From the NCBI GenBank assembly GCA_005222965.1, contig NJBG01000001.1, positions 896,167 through 960,166 of the forward strand: a DNA stretch of 64,000 nt, written 5' to 3'. Origin of the DNA: Candidatus Woesearchaeota archaeon B3_Woes. GTDB taxonomy: Archaea > Nanobdellota > Nanobdellia > Woesearchaeales > B3-WOES. This document shows, piece by piece, positions 36,282 to 47,036 of this stretch (within the stretch, counting starts at the first letter, position 1; each line of letters starts with the position of its first letter). Both the position numbers and the translations under genes were made by a program. The notes beneath the pieces are model-generated. The model was not told the origin of the DNA, ran no database searches, and saw nothing but the letters and a program-made list of their open reading frames with translations.

Positions 36282-36508
36282 TGGGGAAAATAATTTTAAT
36301 TGTCATAATATTCTTAGTAATTGGGGGCTATCTAATAAAAACAAATCTTAACGCAGATTTTGACGAATCTGGGGATAGGGTCAATTTCATAAAAGAATTT
36401 GCTAGATGGGTCTTCCAATTAGGGAAATCTACAAAAAATACAGTGGGTTACGCAGTATCTCAGGAATGGCTGCCAGAAACTAATAAAACAAATATTACAG
36501 AAAATTAG
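36281..36508 (+). CDS. small membrane protein
   Basis: N-terminal TM; TAATG coupling with the upstream gene. Confidence 0.6.
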   Translation: MGKIILIVIIFLVIGGYLIKTNLNADFDESGDRVNFIKEFARWVFQLGKSTKNTVGYAVSQEWLPETNKTNITEN

Positions 36509-36566
36509 TTAATTCTTTTATTTTTCATTAAAAAACCGAAATATTTATAAATATTGATTATTAATA

Positions 36567-36603
36567 TTAAGAATATCAATAAAATTATTAATATTAATAA
36601 TAA
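36567..36603. promoter_or_regulatory. AT-rich palindromic operator-like tract upstream of the AbrB-family gene
   Basis: Repeated ATTAATATTAA units, including TTATTAATATTAATAA. Confidence 0.3.
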
Positions 36604-36615
36604 GGTGCAAAGAAA

Positions 36616-36873
36616 ATAGCTAAAAGTAAGTTTATAGGAAAAGTAAAGATAACCACACAAGGCCAACTAACTTTGCCTTTAGAAGCAAGAAAAGAACTAG
36701 GAATTGACTTAGGAGATGAAGTTTATTGGTACGAAATAGATGGAGTTCTCGTTGTTACAAAAGAATTACTTAGTCAAAAAGATCTAGATAAAACACTAAG
36801 AAATTCCGTAGGAATTTCTGGTGCCAAGAAAATTTCTTCAAAATTTTCTAGGGAAATAAGAGGTAGTAAATAA
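36616..36873 (+). CDS. AbrB/MazE/SpoVT family DNA-binding protein with a probable ATA start
   Basis: GKVKITTQGQLTLPLEARKELGIDLGDEV; in-frame TAA at 36601; GGTG RBS then ATA at 36616. Confidence 0.75.
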   Translation: MAKSKFIGKVKITTQGQLTLPLEARKELGIDLGDEVYWYEIDGVLVVTKELLSQKDLDKTLRNSVGISGAKKISSKFSREIRGSK

Positions 36874-38630
36874 TGGGTATTGGAAACATATTAGGACTCT
36901 ATGGATTCTTGGTTCTTATCCCTTTTATTCTAATCTACTTATTTAAACCAAAACCAATCGATAAAGCAATACCTTCTTTAATGTTTTTTATCAGAGAACA
37001 AAAACAAAAAAAAGAATTCTCTTTCCTAAAAAGATTACTAACAAACCTACTATTTTTACTACAGTTATTCGCAATACTCGCTCTAGCTTCATCACTTATA
37101 GAACCATTCATAACAGTAACAGAAGATGCAAAATCAGGAAACACAGTTTTAATTATAGATTCATCAGCTTCAATGCAAACTAAAAACAATGGAAATACGA
37201 GATTTGAATTAGCACTAAGTGAAGCAAAAAAAAGAATGCATGGAAAGATTAGTATTGTTTTAGCTTCACTAACTCCTACAATCACTCTGGAAAATGGATT
37301 ACAAAGCGAAGCTTCTAAACATCTCTCAACAGTAATTCCAAAAGAAGCATCTACAAACATCAAAGGATCAATGGATCTAGCAGACGCTTTACTGGAAAAA
37401 ACAAAAGGTAATGTAGTTGTCTTAAGCGACTTTATAACAACAATGGAAAACGATGATCCAATCATCTCTAAAAGATTATTAAACTCAAGGGGAAATTCTG
37501 TTGAATTTGTTAATCTAGCTTCAAAAGCAAACAACCTTGGATTTGTTGATTTAAATATCCAAAAGGATTTTACAGAAGCGTATATAAAGAATTTTAATGA
37601 AGAAGAAAAAGCAATAACAATATCCTTAATAAAAAATAAAGAGACAATAACAAAAAAAGATCTAACAATAAATCCAAGATCAAAAGAAAAAATTGTTTTT
37701 GAAACTTTACCAGGATTATCAACTCTAAAAATCTCTCCAGATGACGATTTAAAAGTAGACAATATTGTATATCTAAGTTCCCCTTTAAAAGACAACATAA
37801 ATATCTTATTAATAACTAACACAATACCAAAAGCACTAAAAAATGCCTTAGAAGCAGCCAAATACATAACAGTTGAAATAGCAGAACCACCTATCATCCC
37901 GGATATTGATCATGATGTTGTAATTGTAAGCAATGTAAACAAAGACGAACTGCTTCCTGGAACATTTAACGACATCAAAAGATATGTTGAAAAAGGAGGA
38001 AACCTAATAATAACATCCCAAGAAGGAATAGCACAACTAGATACATTAGATCTGCTGCCTGTCAACATAATAGGCATGGGTGAACAATCAAACACAATAA
38101 TCTCATCACAAAACGAAATAACAAAAGATATTGAATTTGGAGTAGTTAAAAGATATATTGTTGCAACACCTTTCAAAGATGCTATGTCTTTCCTAAATAC
38201 AGAAGATGAGTCAAGCTTAATAGCCTATAAATCATATCAAAACGGAAAAATCATCTACTATGGTTTATTTGATGATGAAAATGATTTTAAATTTAGCCCA
38301 GACTACCCCATCTTCTGGAACAACCTAATCAACTTTATGCTTGACACAGAAGATATCAATGATTATAATTTTAAGATTGGAGAAAGAACACTAGTCGATA
38401 AAGCAGGATTCTATAAAGAGGATAGCAAACAAGTTGCTTACAATCTTTTAGATGAAGCAGAAAGCGAGGTTAGCAAAGATCCTTTGCTATTTTCAAAAGA
38501 GTATTCTGATTTTGTAGAAAAAAATGTTAAAGAAAACATTGACAAAGATCTCACAATGATTTTGTTAATCCTAGCATGTTTAATACTAATATTTGAAGTA
38601 GCCTATATAAAATTCAGAGGTGATTTATGA
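36873..38630 (+). CDS. BatA/vWA domain membrane protein
   Basis: BatA N-terminus (PSLMF...LLQL), MIDAS DSSASM, LSDF, FWNNLINF, C-terminal TM. Confidence 0.85.
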   Translation: MGIGNILGLYGFLVLIPFILIYLFKPKPIDKAIPSLMFFIREQKQKKEFSFLKRLLTNLLFLLQLFAILALASSLIEPFITVTEDAKSGNTVLIIDSSASMQTKNNGNTRFELALSEAKKRMHGKISIVLASLTPTITLENGLQSEASKHLSTVIPKEASTNIKGSMDLADALLEKTKGNVVVLSDFITTMENDDPIISKRLLNSRGNSVEFVNLASKANNLGFVDLNIQKDFTEAYIKNFNEEEKAITISLIKNKETITKKDLTINPRSKEKIVFETLPGLSTLKISPDDDLKVDNIVYLSSPLKDNINILLITNTIPKALKNALEAAKYITVEIAEPPIIPDIDHDVVIVSNVNKDELLPGTFNDIKRYVEKGGNLIITSQEGIAQLDTLDLLPVNIIGMGEQSNTIISSQNEITKDIEFGVVKRYIVATPFKDAMSFLNTEDESSLIAYKSYQNGKIIYYGLFDDENDFKFSPDYPIFWNNLINFMLDTEDINDYNFKIGERTLVDKAGFYKEDSKQVAYNLLDEAESEVSKDPLLFSKEYSDFVEKNVKENIDKDLTMILLILACLILIFEVAYIKFRGDL

Positions 38631-41020
38631 AATTTTTTATTGAATACCCTTTTGTATTGGCTTTAATCATCCCTGTAATCATAGCTTTGATAATCTTAAT
38701 AAATAGAACATTTATCAAATTTAATAATGAACAGGAAAAAAGAGAATATAACAGAGCCCATAAAGGAAAAAGAATATTCATAACAATAACAAGATCCTTA
38801 ATAGCTTTATACCTCCTGATTGCTCTATCTTCTCCATACACTCTAAAAGAAGATGTTGTAAAAGGAGATTATTCACTTAAGATATTGGTTGATAATTCAA
38901 CAAGCATGAGTCTATTTGACAATAGTGTTGTCAATGAGGTATTTAATAGTGTTAAAGAAAAAATACCAGTTACAAAAATGCCTATTGCATCAGGAACATC
39001 ATCTCCAATAGGAAACGCAATAATAAATAATATGCATGGGGATGATAATATACTTCTCATATCAGATGGCCAGAATAACAAAGGCAAAGAACTGGCAAGT
39101 GTTATGTTTTTTGCTAATCTCCTAAACACATCTATAAGCGCTGTTAATGTTAATCCGATAAATGATGATTATTCTGTTGTAATAGAAGGCCCTTCAGAAG
39201 CAATAATGGGAACTGAAAATGAATTTTATATTAGAATTAACAAAGCAGGAAACCCTCCTGCTTATGACATCTCTGCAAAAGTTGATGAAAGACCAGTAAA
39301 TCTAGAAAAAATAGAAAACAATCTATTTAAATTTTCAAAACAATTATCAGAAGGATATCATAAAATAACAGCAACAATAGATACTAATGATTTCTTTAAA
39401 GAAAATAATGTTTACTATAAAACACTGCATGTTTTACCTAAACCAAATGTTTTGTATGTAACTGAAAAAGATTCTAAATTCTTAGATATGCTCAAACCAG
39501 TATATACAATAAATAAAAAAACATCTCTTCCAAACGATTTAAGTGAATATGCCTCCATTATAATAGATGATATTGAAGCCAGTAAACTAAACTCAAAAAC
39601 AGAATTACTAAGTGATTATGTAATAGAAGGAGGAGGATTATTTGTTATAGGGGGAGAAAACGCATTTGATAAAGGAGATTACTCAAACTCTTTATTTGAA
39701 ACAATTCTACCTGTTAAGGTTGGTGAAGCCGGATTTGGTGGTGAATTAGTCACAAGCATAGTAATTGTTCTGGATATCTCAGAAAGCACTGGTCAGGATT
39801 TTAGCAGAAGAAATTCTGAAAGCAAAGTTGATGTTGAAAAATCACTTGCTCTAGAAATAATAAAAGGATTAAGCCTATATGATAAAGTAGGAATAGTTGC
39901 ATTTAATCACGCAGCATACCAAATTTCACCTTTAGGAGTTTTAGGTGAAGTAGAAACAAACATAACAAGCAAGATATCCAAACTACACGATTCAGGAGGA
40001 ACATATGTATTTTCAGGATTAAAAAAAGCACAGTACATGTTAGAGAGTTCATTAGGCAGCAAAAATATCATTTTAATATCAGATGGAGTTGATAGTATTC
40101 CATCTCAATCTCTTGCTCTATCAAAAGAGTTTGCAGAAAAAAACATAAAGCTCTACACAGTAGGGGTTGGAGAGGCCACAAATAGAGCATTTCTGCAAAC
40201 TCTTGCTATTGAAACAGGAGCAGAATATTTTGAACCAACAGAATCACAAAAACTACATATAATATTTTCAAAACAACAAGATCTTCCACCACAAAAAGTT
40301 AAATCATTAGTATTATTCAACAATAATCATTTTATCACAAAAAACCTTGATATAATCGCTGAAGTTAGTGGATTTAACTATGTTGTAAAAAAATCATCAT
40401 CCCAAATGATTGTTTCAATGGGAGATGGAAAACCCATAATAACAGTATGGAGATATGGTCTAGGAAGGGTTGTTGCACTATCAACAGATGATGGAGAAAA
40501 ATGGTCTTCAGAATTACTAAGCAAATCAAATTCAAAACTATTAGTAAGATCTCTTAATTGGGCAATAGGAGATCCTCAAAAGAATTTACCATTCTATACA
40601 AGAGTTAAAGATACTTATTTAGGAGACACATCACAAATAATTGTTAAAAGTGATAAAAAACCTGTTTCAGAAAAACTTAAATTTGAAAAAACAGATGAAA
40701 ACAAATACATATCACACTTTACTCCATCTGAAACAGGATATGAAGAATTTTTCAACACAATAATGGCTGTTAACTATCCTCTTGAATACAAAGATATAGG
40801 ATTTAACAAAGAACTTAGAGATTTAATAGAAATCACTGGTGGAAAAATGTTTGATTCTTCTGATGCAAACGAGATTGTTAAATTTATCAAAAACACAAGC
40901 CTAAGAAAAAAATCAACACCACATTATATAAGATGGCCTTTCATCATAGTTGCATTATCAATACTAATACTAGAGATATTTATAAGAAAGATAATTGAAT
41001 CAAGAAGGAGGGGAAAATGA
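38627..41020 (+). CDS. double vWA domain membrane protein with a glutamine amidotransferase-like region
   Basis: DNSTSM/ISDG, DISES/GGT/ISDG, WRYGLGRV...DDG. Confidence 0.85.
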   Translation: MKFFIEYPFVLALIIPVIIALIILINRTFIKFNNEQEKREYNRAHKGKRIFITITRSLIALYLLIALSSPYTLKEDVVKGDYSLKILVDNSTSMSLFDNSVVNEVFNSVKEKIPVTKMPIASGTSSPIGNAIINNMHGDDNILLISDGQNNKGKELASVMFFANLLNTSISAVNVNPINDDYSVVIEGPSEAIMGTENEFYIRINKAGNPPAYDISAKVDERPVNLEKIENNLFKFSKQLSEGYHKITATIDTNDFFKENNVYYKTLHVLPKPNVLYVTEKDSKFLDMLKPVYTINKKTSLPNDLSEYASIIIDDIEASKLNSKTELLSDYVIEGGGLFVIGGENAFDKGDYSNSLFETILPVKVGEAGFGGELVTSIVIVLDISESTGQDFSRRNSESKVDVEKSLALEIIKGLSLYDKVGIVAFNHAAYQISPLGVLGEVETNITSKISKLHDSGGTYVFSGLKKAQYMLESSLGSKNIILISDGVDSIPSQSLALSKEFAEKNIKLYTVGVGEATNRAFLQTLAIETGAEYFEPTESQKLHIIFSKQQDLPPQKVKSLVLFNNNHFITKNLDIIAEVSGFNYVVKKSSSQMIVSMGDGKPIITVWRYGLGRVVALSTDDGEKWSSELLSKSNSKLLVRSLNWAIGDPQKNLPFYTRVKDTYLGDTSQIIVKSDKKPVSEKLKFEKTDENKYISHFTPSETGYEEFFNTIMAVNYPLEYKDIGFNKELRDLIEITGGKMFDSSDANEIVKFIKNTSLRKKSTPHYIRWPFIIVALSILILEIFIRKIIESRRRGK

Positions 41021-41481
41021 AACAAAACATAAACTTTGGTTTGTTAATATTAATAATAGCAATCTTAATCTCTTTTAGCGGAGCTGTCGTCTATTATCAA
41101 ACCACCTTCAAAGACCTATCAACAGAATATAAAACAAAAATGAGCGAACTACAAAAAGTAACATCTACTCTATTGGAGAAAAAGGCAGAATTAGCAGAAA
41201 CAAGCGCAAAACAAGAAAGCCTTACTGAAAAATATACAGACATAAAAGGGGAAAAAGAAGAATTAGAAGATGATATAGGTGCTCTGGAAAACGAATTATC
41301 ATCTAAAAAAGCAGAACTGCTTGATACAAAAGAAACATTAAGAACATCTCAAGATCAAGTTTTAAGCCTGCAAGGAGATATTGAAGATTACAAAGATGAT
41401 ATAGCTCGTTATAAAGGCGATGTAAATGATCTATGCGATTATATATATAGCCAGGGGTTATCCCATGCTGAGTGTGATTAA
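41017..41481 (+). CDS. membrane-anchored coiled-coil protein
   Basis: N-terminal TM followed by heptad repeats. Confidence 0.7.
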   Translation: MKQNINFGLLILIIAILISFSGAVVYYQTTFKDLSTEYKTKMSELQKVTSTLLEKKAELAETSAKQESLTEKYTDIKGEKEELEDDIGALENELSSKKAELLDTKETLRTSQDQVLSLQGDIEDYKDDIARYKGDVNDLCDYIYSQGLSHAECD

Positions 41482-41536
41482 ACAATGAAAATCAATGAAA
41501 ATAAAATTTTCAAGATTTCCATTTTAATAAACTAAA

Positions 41537-42529
41537 ATGAAAAGACCAATAAAATTAGATTTAGGATTTATGAAGATTGAACATCATATAAAACCAACTC
41601 AAACTAAACCTAAATTCATTAAAATAGAACATCATAAAGAACCATACAAACCTAATCTCGAATCTAATATAAATATAAATGTTTTACCTAAATCTATGCA
41701 TCATCTCATAAAGAAGGAAAGAATAATCAAACCAAAACACAAACCAACAAGATTCTCAAAACTAATTAAAGAAATAAAAACACTCTTTGACAACATAATA
41801 ATATTTAACTCTCTACTTATGTTCATAATATTATTTTTAGCTGGTTTTATTATTTTAATGATTCTTAACCTAAACAAACTATTCGCTCTTGTAATCCCTT
41901 TTATTTACCTCATAATAACATTGTTCATAAAACTAAAAGAAAATCAATATCTAAAAGTAGAAAAAAAATTCCCTAATCTCAACGAAAAGATCAGAACAGC
42001 TGCCGACAACTTATATGTTGAAAACCCAGTTGTTGATGAATTAAGACATGAAGTATCCCATGACTTAAGGGGTGTGGATTATGCAAGTTTTTTCAAAGGC
42101 AAATCAACTTCCTATAAAATATTCTTTATCATCTTACTATGTTTTGGTGTAATTTTCTTAGCTAAATATGATATTGATTTCAAGCTTAATTTTGAAAGGG
42201 TATTTGGTTTTATTGAAGGTAGAGGAGAAGGAAACTCAACAGGTATTATTTCAGATATAATAAGTGCCACAACAACCGGCCCTGATGAAGATATATTTGG
42301 AGAAGAGTATCTGGCAGAACTAGGAAACGATCAAATAACGATTAGTATGAATAAAGTAGGATATGAAATAAATATGGATGATGTTAGAGATCCATCTCAA
42401 ACAGAGTTTGAAGATAGTTTATTCCCACCAGACATGGGATTGGAAAAAGCCCAAGTCTATATCCAAAAAGACTTAGAAGAACATAAAGAATTAGTTAAAA
42501 ATTACTTTAAAAATATGGCCCAAAGTTAA
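41537..42529 (+). CDS. membrane protein of the MoxR cluster
   Basis: Three TMs, VEKKFPNLNEKIRTAAD, C-terminal ELVKNYF. Confidence 0.7.
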   Translation: MKRPIKLDLGFMKIEHHIKPTQTKPKFIKIEHHKEPYKPNLESNININVLPKSMHHLIKKERIIKPKHKPTRFSKLIKEIKTLFDNIIIFNSLLMFIILFLAGFIILMILNLNKLFALVIPFIYLIITLFIKLKENQYLKVEKKFPNLNEKIRTAADNLYVENPVVDELRHEVSHDLRGVDYASFFKGKSTSYKIFFIILLCFGVIFLAKYDIDFKLNFERVFGFIEGRGEGNSTGIISDIISATTTGPDEDIFGEEYLAELGNDQITISMNKVGYEINMDDVRDPSQTEFEDSLFPPDMGLEKAQVYIQKDLEEHKELVKNYFKNMAQS

Positions 42530-44425
42530 ATGAAAACAGAAAATCAAATCAAAATAATAGCATATGTTGCTTTAATAGGAGTTATAACTATTTGGACAGT
42601 CATACTTGGCTCTTTGTTTGGATATATAGACAATAGAATTACAGGATTTGCTGTAGGAGATGGTAATGAAAGCAATGAAACAATAGATTGTAACAACAAC
42701 AGCATATGCGACGGAAATGAAACAATATTAACATGCCCATCTGATTGTAATACCACTAACGAAACTACCTGTAACAATAATAGCATATGTGATGGCAATG
42801 AAACAATATTAACATGTCCATCAGATTGTAATACAACCAACACAACAACATGTAATAATAACGGCACATGCGATACCAATGAAACATTTGAAACATGCCC
42901 ATCAGATTGTGTAGAGACCTGTACACCAGAAGAACAAAGAGATTGTGGAATAGAAGAAGGAATATGTATTACAGGTATTCAAACGTGTTATGAGAATGGA
43001 ACATGGGGAAGTTGCAATGGTTCAATCGAGCCCATGAATGAAACATGCAATGAATTAGATGATGATTGCGATGGAAAAGTAGATGAAGGATATGACTGGA
43101 ATAACAATAGCATAATTGATGATAATGAAACATTCGATTATGATGATGACGGATACTTCCCAAGAACAACCATCTATTTTAATCTATCATGCAGTAGTTA
43201 TTCTGAATATGATTGTAATGATACCAATTCAAGTATACATCCTAATGCACCTGAAATAGAAAATAATGTAGATGATGATTGTGATAGAGAGATAGATGAA
43301 ATAATATGGAATATAACCACAACCCATAAAATTAATCTAGGATATATAAAAAGAAACGGAACAAAAGCCTATCTGCGTGTAGGAGATTGGGCTGTCTTTA
43401 GCTACAAAAAACTTTATGGTACTCTTCTTTATGGAAAAATAGAACTAACAACACTTTCCTCAGCAGGAATTGGAATGACCTTCTCTGTTATCAAAGGAAT
43501 AAATATTAATGTTCTACCAGAAACAAATATGATAATTGGAGAATCAAAACAATATGATATGGATAACGATGGTAAAAATGATATTTCTATTAAATTAGAA
43601 GAAATACAATCTGATTTTAAAGCATACTTGATGATAAAAGATGTTTCAGAATACATCATGCCAACTTGCAATGATAATGGTGTTTGTGATGAAGGAGAAA
43701 CAGCAGCAAACTGCCCAGTAGATTGTTTAGTAATAAATTACTGCAATGAAAATGGAACTTGTGATGCAAACGAAACAATTGAAAACTGTCCAGAAGATTG
43801 CAAAGTAATTGAAGAGAAAAAAGCACCACCACCAGAACCAGTAGAAGAAGAACCTACTCAAGATTGGACATGTAATGATAATAATGTTTGTGAAGCATGG
43901 GAAACAAAACAGGACTGTCCATCTGATTGTAAAAAAGGTCCTATGCAATATATCCTTCTTGGTTTAATAACAACAAGTTTAATGCTATTAGTATTAGGAG
44001 GAATATTAATTAAAACCAAAAACCCCTATGGAATTAACAAAAAACTACAAAAAAACCTTGTTCAATCTATTAATAAAGGGTATGACTTAAACAATATCAA
44101 TTACTATCTAACTACCAAAAAACTTAAACAACCAAAGATAAAAAAAGCACTCAAATACGCATCTGATTTCATGGCTCTCAAAAGAGCAGTTATATTCTAC
44201 CTAAAACAAACTCATGATGAAAAGAAAGTAAAAAAGATGTGTATCAAAAATAAATGGTCTAAAAAACTAACAAATGATGTTTTTGACACTATTAAAATTC
44301 AACCAAAACCAGTTGTTCCTCAAAAAAAGATTGTTCCTTTTCAGCAAAAAAAGTTTATCAATCCCCCAAAAGGAAAAACAGCTCCTAAAACTGAAATTCA
44401 AAAAACCAAACTAAAAAAACTATAA
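42530..44425 (+). CDS. Cys-rich surface protein with C-x5-C-x3-E-x4-CPxDC repeats and MopE-like DCND...DDDCD motifs
   Basis: Six CPxDC modules, ETCNELDDDCDG, DCNDTNSSIHPNAPE; TM near each end. Confidence 0.75.
   Translation: MKTENQIKIIAYVALIGVITIWTVILGSLFGYIDNRITGFAVGDGNESNETIDCNNNSICDGNETILTCPSDCNTTNETTCNNNSICDGNETILTCPSDCNTTNTTTCNNNGTCDTNETFETCPSDCVETCTPEEQRDCGIEEGICITGIQTCYENGTWGSCNGSIEPMNETCNELDDDCDGKVDEGYDWNNNSIIDDNETFDYDDDGYFPRTTIYFNLSCSSYSEYDCNDTNSSIHPNAPEIENNVDDDCDREIDEIIWNITTTHKINLGYIKRNGTKAYLRVGDWAVFSYKKLYGTLLYGKIELTTLSSAGIGMTFSVIKGININVLPETNMIIGESKQYDMDNDGKNDISIKLEEIQSDFKAYLMIKDVSEYIMPTCNDNGVCDEGETAANCPVDCLVINYCNENGTCDANETIENCPEDCKVIEEKKAPPPEPVEEEPTQDWTCNDNNVCEAWETKQDCPSDCKKGPMQYILLGLITTSLMLLVLGGILIKTKNPYGINKKLQKNLVQSINKGYDLNNINYYLTTKKLKQPKIKKALKYASDFMALKRAVIFYLKQTHDEKKVKKMCIKNKWSKKLTNDVFDTIKIQPKPVVPQKKIVPFQQKKFINPPKGKTAPKTEIQKTKLKKL
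42685..42910 (+). repeat. three ~81-bp coding tandem repeats (CNNNSICDGNETILTCPSDC)
   Basis: Near-identical 27-aa units. Confidence 0.8.
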
Positions 44426-44445
44426 ATAAAAAAGAGGTGAGTATA

Positions 44446-45381
44446 ATGAGAGGATATAAAGATGTTTTTGAAAATTTACATAAGGAAATTGGCAAGGTTG
44501 TTGTAGGACAGAGCGAAGCAATTGAGCAGACACTTATAGCAATGCTTTGTAATGGCAACGCTTTATTAGAAGGGTATCCTGGTCTTGCAAAAACACTGGC
44601 AGTGAGGACTTTATCTCAGATAATGAGTCTAAAGTTCAGCAGAATACAAAATACACCAGACTTAATGCCTTCTGATATTACAGGAACATACATAATTGAA
44701 GAAGTATCTGGAAAAAGAAGCTTTAAGTTTCAACCAGGGCCAGTATTTGCTAATGTTGTTTTAGCAGATGAAATAAACAGAGCAACACCAAAAACACAAT
44801 CTGCTCTATTAGAAGCAATGCAGGAAAAACAAGTTACAGTTGGCAATGAAACATACAAATTAGATGAACCCTTTTTTGTTCTAGCTACTCAAAACCCAAT
44901 TGAACAAGAAGGAACATATCCTTTACCAGAAGCGCAATCAGATAGATTTCTACTAAAGATTAATGTTGGCTATCCAACCAAAGATGAAGAATCTAAGATT
45001 GTAGACAGGTTTACTTCTGAAGAAAGAAATGTTAAATTAAGGGAATTGCTCAACAAAACTAATATTATCTCAATGCAGCAACATGTAAGACAGGTTCCTA
45101 TTGCAAATGACATAAAAAAGAGAGTATTAGATATAGTTACATCAACAAGAGAAAATAAAAATCTTATACAATATGGGGCTTCACCAAGAGCATCAATTGG
45201 ATTAATACTAGCAGCAAAAGCAAGAGCCTTGATTAATGGCAGAAATCACGTTAGTAATGAAGACGTGAATATTATGGCTTACCCTGTTTTAAGGCATAGG
45301 ATAATCTTAAACTTCGAAGCAGAAAGAAAAGGATTGTCTCCAGATAACGCTATAAAACACATTTTAGATCATGTAAAATAA
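44446..45381 (+). CDS. MoxR-family AAA+ ATPase
   Basis: LLEGYPGLAKT, PDLMPSDITG, LADEINRA, ATQNPIEQEGTYPLPEAQSDRF, GASPRAS; GAGGTG RBS. Confidence 0.95.
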   Translation: MRGYKDVFENLHKEIGKVVVGQSEAIEQTLIAMLCNGNALLEGYPGLAKTLAVRTLSQIMSLKFSRIQNTPDLMPSDITGTYIIEEVSGKRSFKFQPGPVFANVVLADEINRATPKTQSALLEAMQEKQVTVGNETYKLDEPFFVLATQNPIEQEGTYPLPEAQSDRFLLKINVGYPTKDEESKIVDRFTSEERNVKLRELLNKTNIISMQQHVRQVPIANDIKKRVLDIVTSTRENKNLIQYGASPRASIGLILAAKARALINGRNHVSNEDVNIMAYPVLRHRIILNFEAERKGLSPDNAIKHILDHVK

Positions 45382-45391
45382 AAGAGGTAGA

Positions 45392-46948
45392 ATGAAGTAT
45401 AGTCCTTTAGAGAAAAAAGTAGAGAGAATTACTAAAAAGAATAAAATTCCTATAACTATAGTTACTTTTATCCTTCTTGTTGGACTGTTTATTGTTTATA
45501 ATTACAAACCCTCTGAAGAAAGTATAGAAAGGGAGTTTCTTGCACCACCAATAACTAATAAAACTTTTATGTTTAAAGAAGGGATCATATCAAATAATCT
45601 TTTTATTGAATTTAATATAACTCTTGAAGAAACAGGGATATATAGAATTAATGCAGAATTAAAAGATAATGAAGATAACATATTTTATCCTACTGGATCT
45701 AATAAATTTAATCTTAGCTCCGGCGAAAATACAGTCTTTCTTAATTTTAATGCAACTCAACTATACCTAAATAAAATAAATGGGTCTTATGAATTAACAA
45801 GATTAGATATTCAAAGAAAAGACTTTAAAATAAAGCTTAAGAATGTTTATAACACATCTGTTTACAATTATACTGATTTTGAATATATAAAAATATCAAT
45901 TAATCAAACACCAGAAGAATTAATTAACCAAACTCCAGAAGAAACAATCAACCAAACCCCTGAAGAAACCATTAATCAAACACCAGAAGAATTAATTAAC
46001 CAAACTCCAGAAGAAACAATCAACCAAACCCCTGAAGAAACCATTAATCAAACTCCAGAAGAGGTAATAAATAAAACACCTGAAGAAACCATAAACCAAA
46101 CTCCAGAAGAAACAATCAATCAAACACAAGATATCATTAACCAAACAAAAGAAATAATCAACCAAACCATAGAAGAAACAATAAATCAGACAGACAATCA
46201 AACAATAAACCAAACCCCTGAAGAAACCATTAATCAAACACCAGAAGAAACAATAAACAAAACAATCAATGACACAAACAATGAAATAATTGAAGAAATA
46301 AACACTAGAACCATCACCAGCGGTGGAGGAGGAGGGGGAGGTGGAGGAAGCTCTAACACAAAAACATACGCTTTTGGGGAATTAACTTCTCCTATCCAAC
46401 TAAGCTTAATTAGAAACAATATAGTTACATTTTATTTAAAAGAAGAATATCATAAAATTAACGTTATTAAAATAGGAAAAGATTATGTAGAACTAACAAT
46501 AAAATCAGATCCTATAACTGTTTTAGTTTATATAGGCCTAACAAAAAGGTTAGACATTAATAATGACAGGGTAGATGATATATATATAAAATTAAATGAT
46601 ATCAAATCAAGAAAAGCTGAAATTACTATAGGCAGAATTAAGCCAAAAATAAAATTAATATTCTGTAATAATAATGGGGTTTGTGATAAAGGAGAGAACT
46701 CAGCAAACTGCCCTAAAGATTGTCCTAAAGAAAAAGTTATCTCAGAACCAGTAAAAAAAGCACCAAAATATATTGAAAAGATAATATGCGATTATAATGA
46801 AATATGCGATAATGATGAAACCACTATGACATGCCCAACTGATTGTAAAAGAAACTATAAAGACAAGATTATTGTTAGTTTAATAACACTACTTGCAATA
46901 ATTATGATTTGTTTTATTGTTTTTGAGTATAAACATCATCAGGAATAA
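45392..46948 (+). CDS. surface protein with INQTPEET repeats, poly-Gly linker and CPxDC modules
   Basis: TM at both ends; ~15 octapeptide repeats; GGGGGGGG. Confidence 0.75.
   Translation: MKYSPLEKKVERITKKNKIPITIVTFILLVGLFIVYNYKPSEESIEREFLAPPITNKTFMFKEGIISNNLFIEFNITLEETGIYRINAELKDNEDNIFYPTGSNKFNLSSGENTVFLNFNATQLYLNKINGSYELTRLDIQRKDFKIKLKNVYNTSVYNYTDFEYIKISINQTPEELINQTPEETINQTPEETINQTPEELINQTPEETINQTPEETINQTPEEVINKTPEETINQTPEETINQTQDIINQTKEIINQTIEETINQTDNQTINQTPEETINQTPEETINKTINDTNNEIIEEINTRTITSGGGGGGGGGSSNTKTYAFGELTSPIQLSLIRNNIVTFYLKEEYHKINVIKIGKDYVELTIKSDPITVLVYIGLTKRLDINNDRVDDIYIKLNDIKSRKAEITIGRIKPKIKLIFCNNNGVCDKGENSANCPKDCPKEKVISEPVKKAPKYIEKIICDYNEICDNDETTMTCPTDCKRNYKDKIIVSLITLLAIIMICFIVFEYKHHQE
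45899..46265 (+). repeat. 24-bp coding tandem repeat including a 72-bp duplication
   Basis: ATTAATCAAACACCAGAAGAA... units; 45899-45970 repeated from 45971. Confidence 0.85.
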
Positions 46949-47036
46949 TGAAATATGCCAATAACTTTAAAAACAACAAATGGTCCATAATGTTAATTAA
47001 TGATGTTTTAAACAGCTTTAAAAAAAGAGGCAACAA

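Noticed and set aside
36935..37897. 320-aa antisense ORF
   Set aside because: Shadow of the BatA/vWA gene; Phe/Ser/Leu-rich composition expected from the reverse complement of an A-rich coding strand
45899..46265. Regular repeats resembling a CRISPR array
   Set aside because: In-frame 24-bp coding tandem repeats without unique spacers; no cas genes nearby
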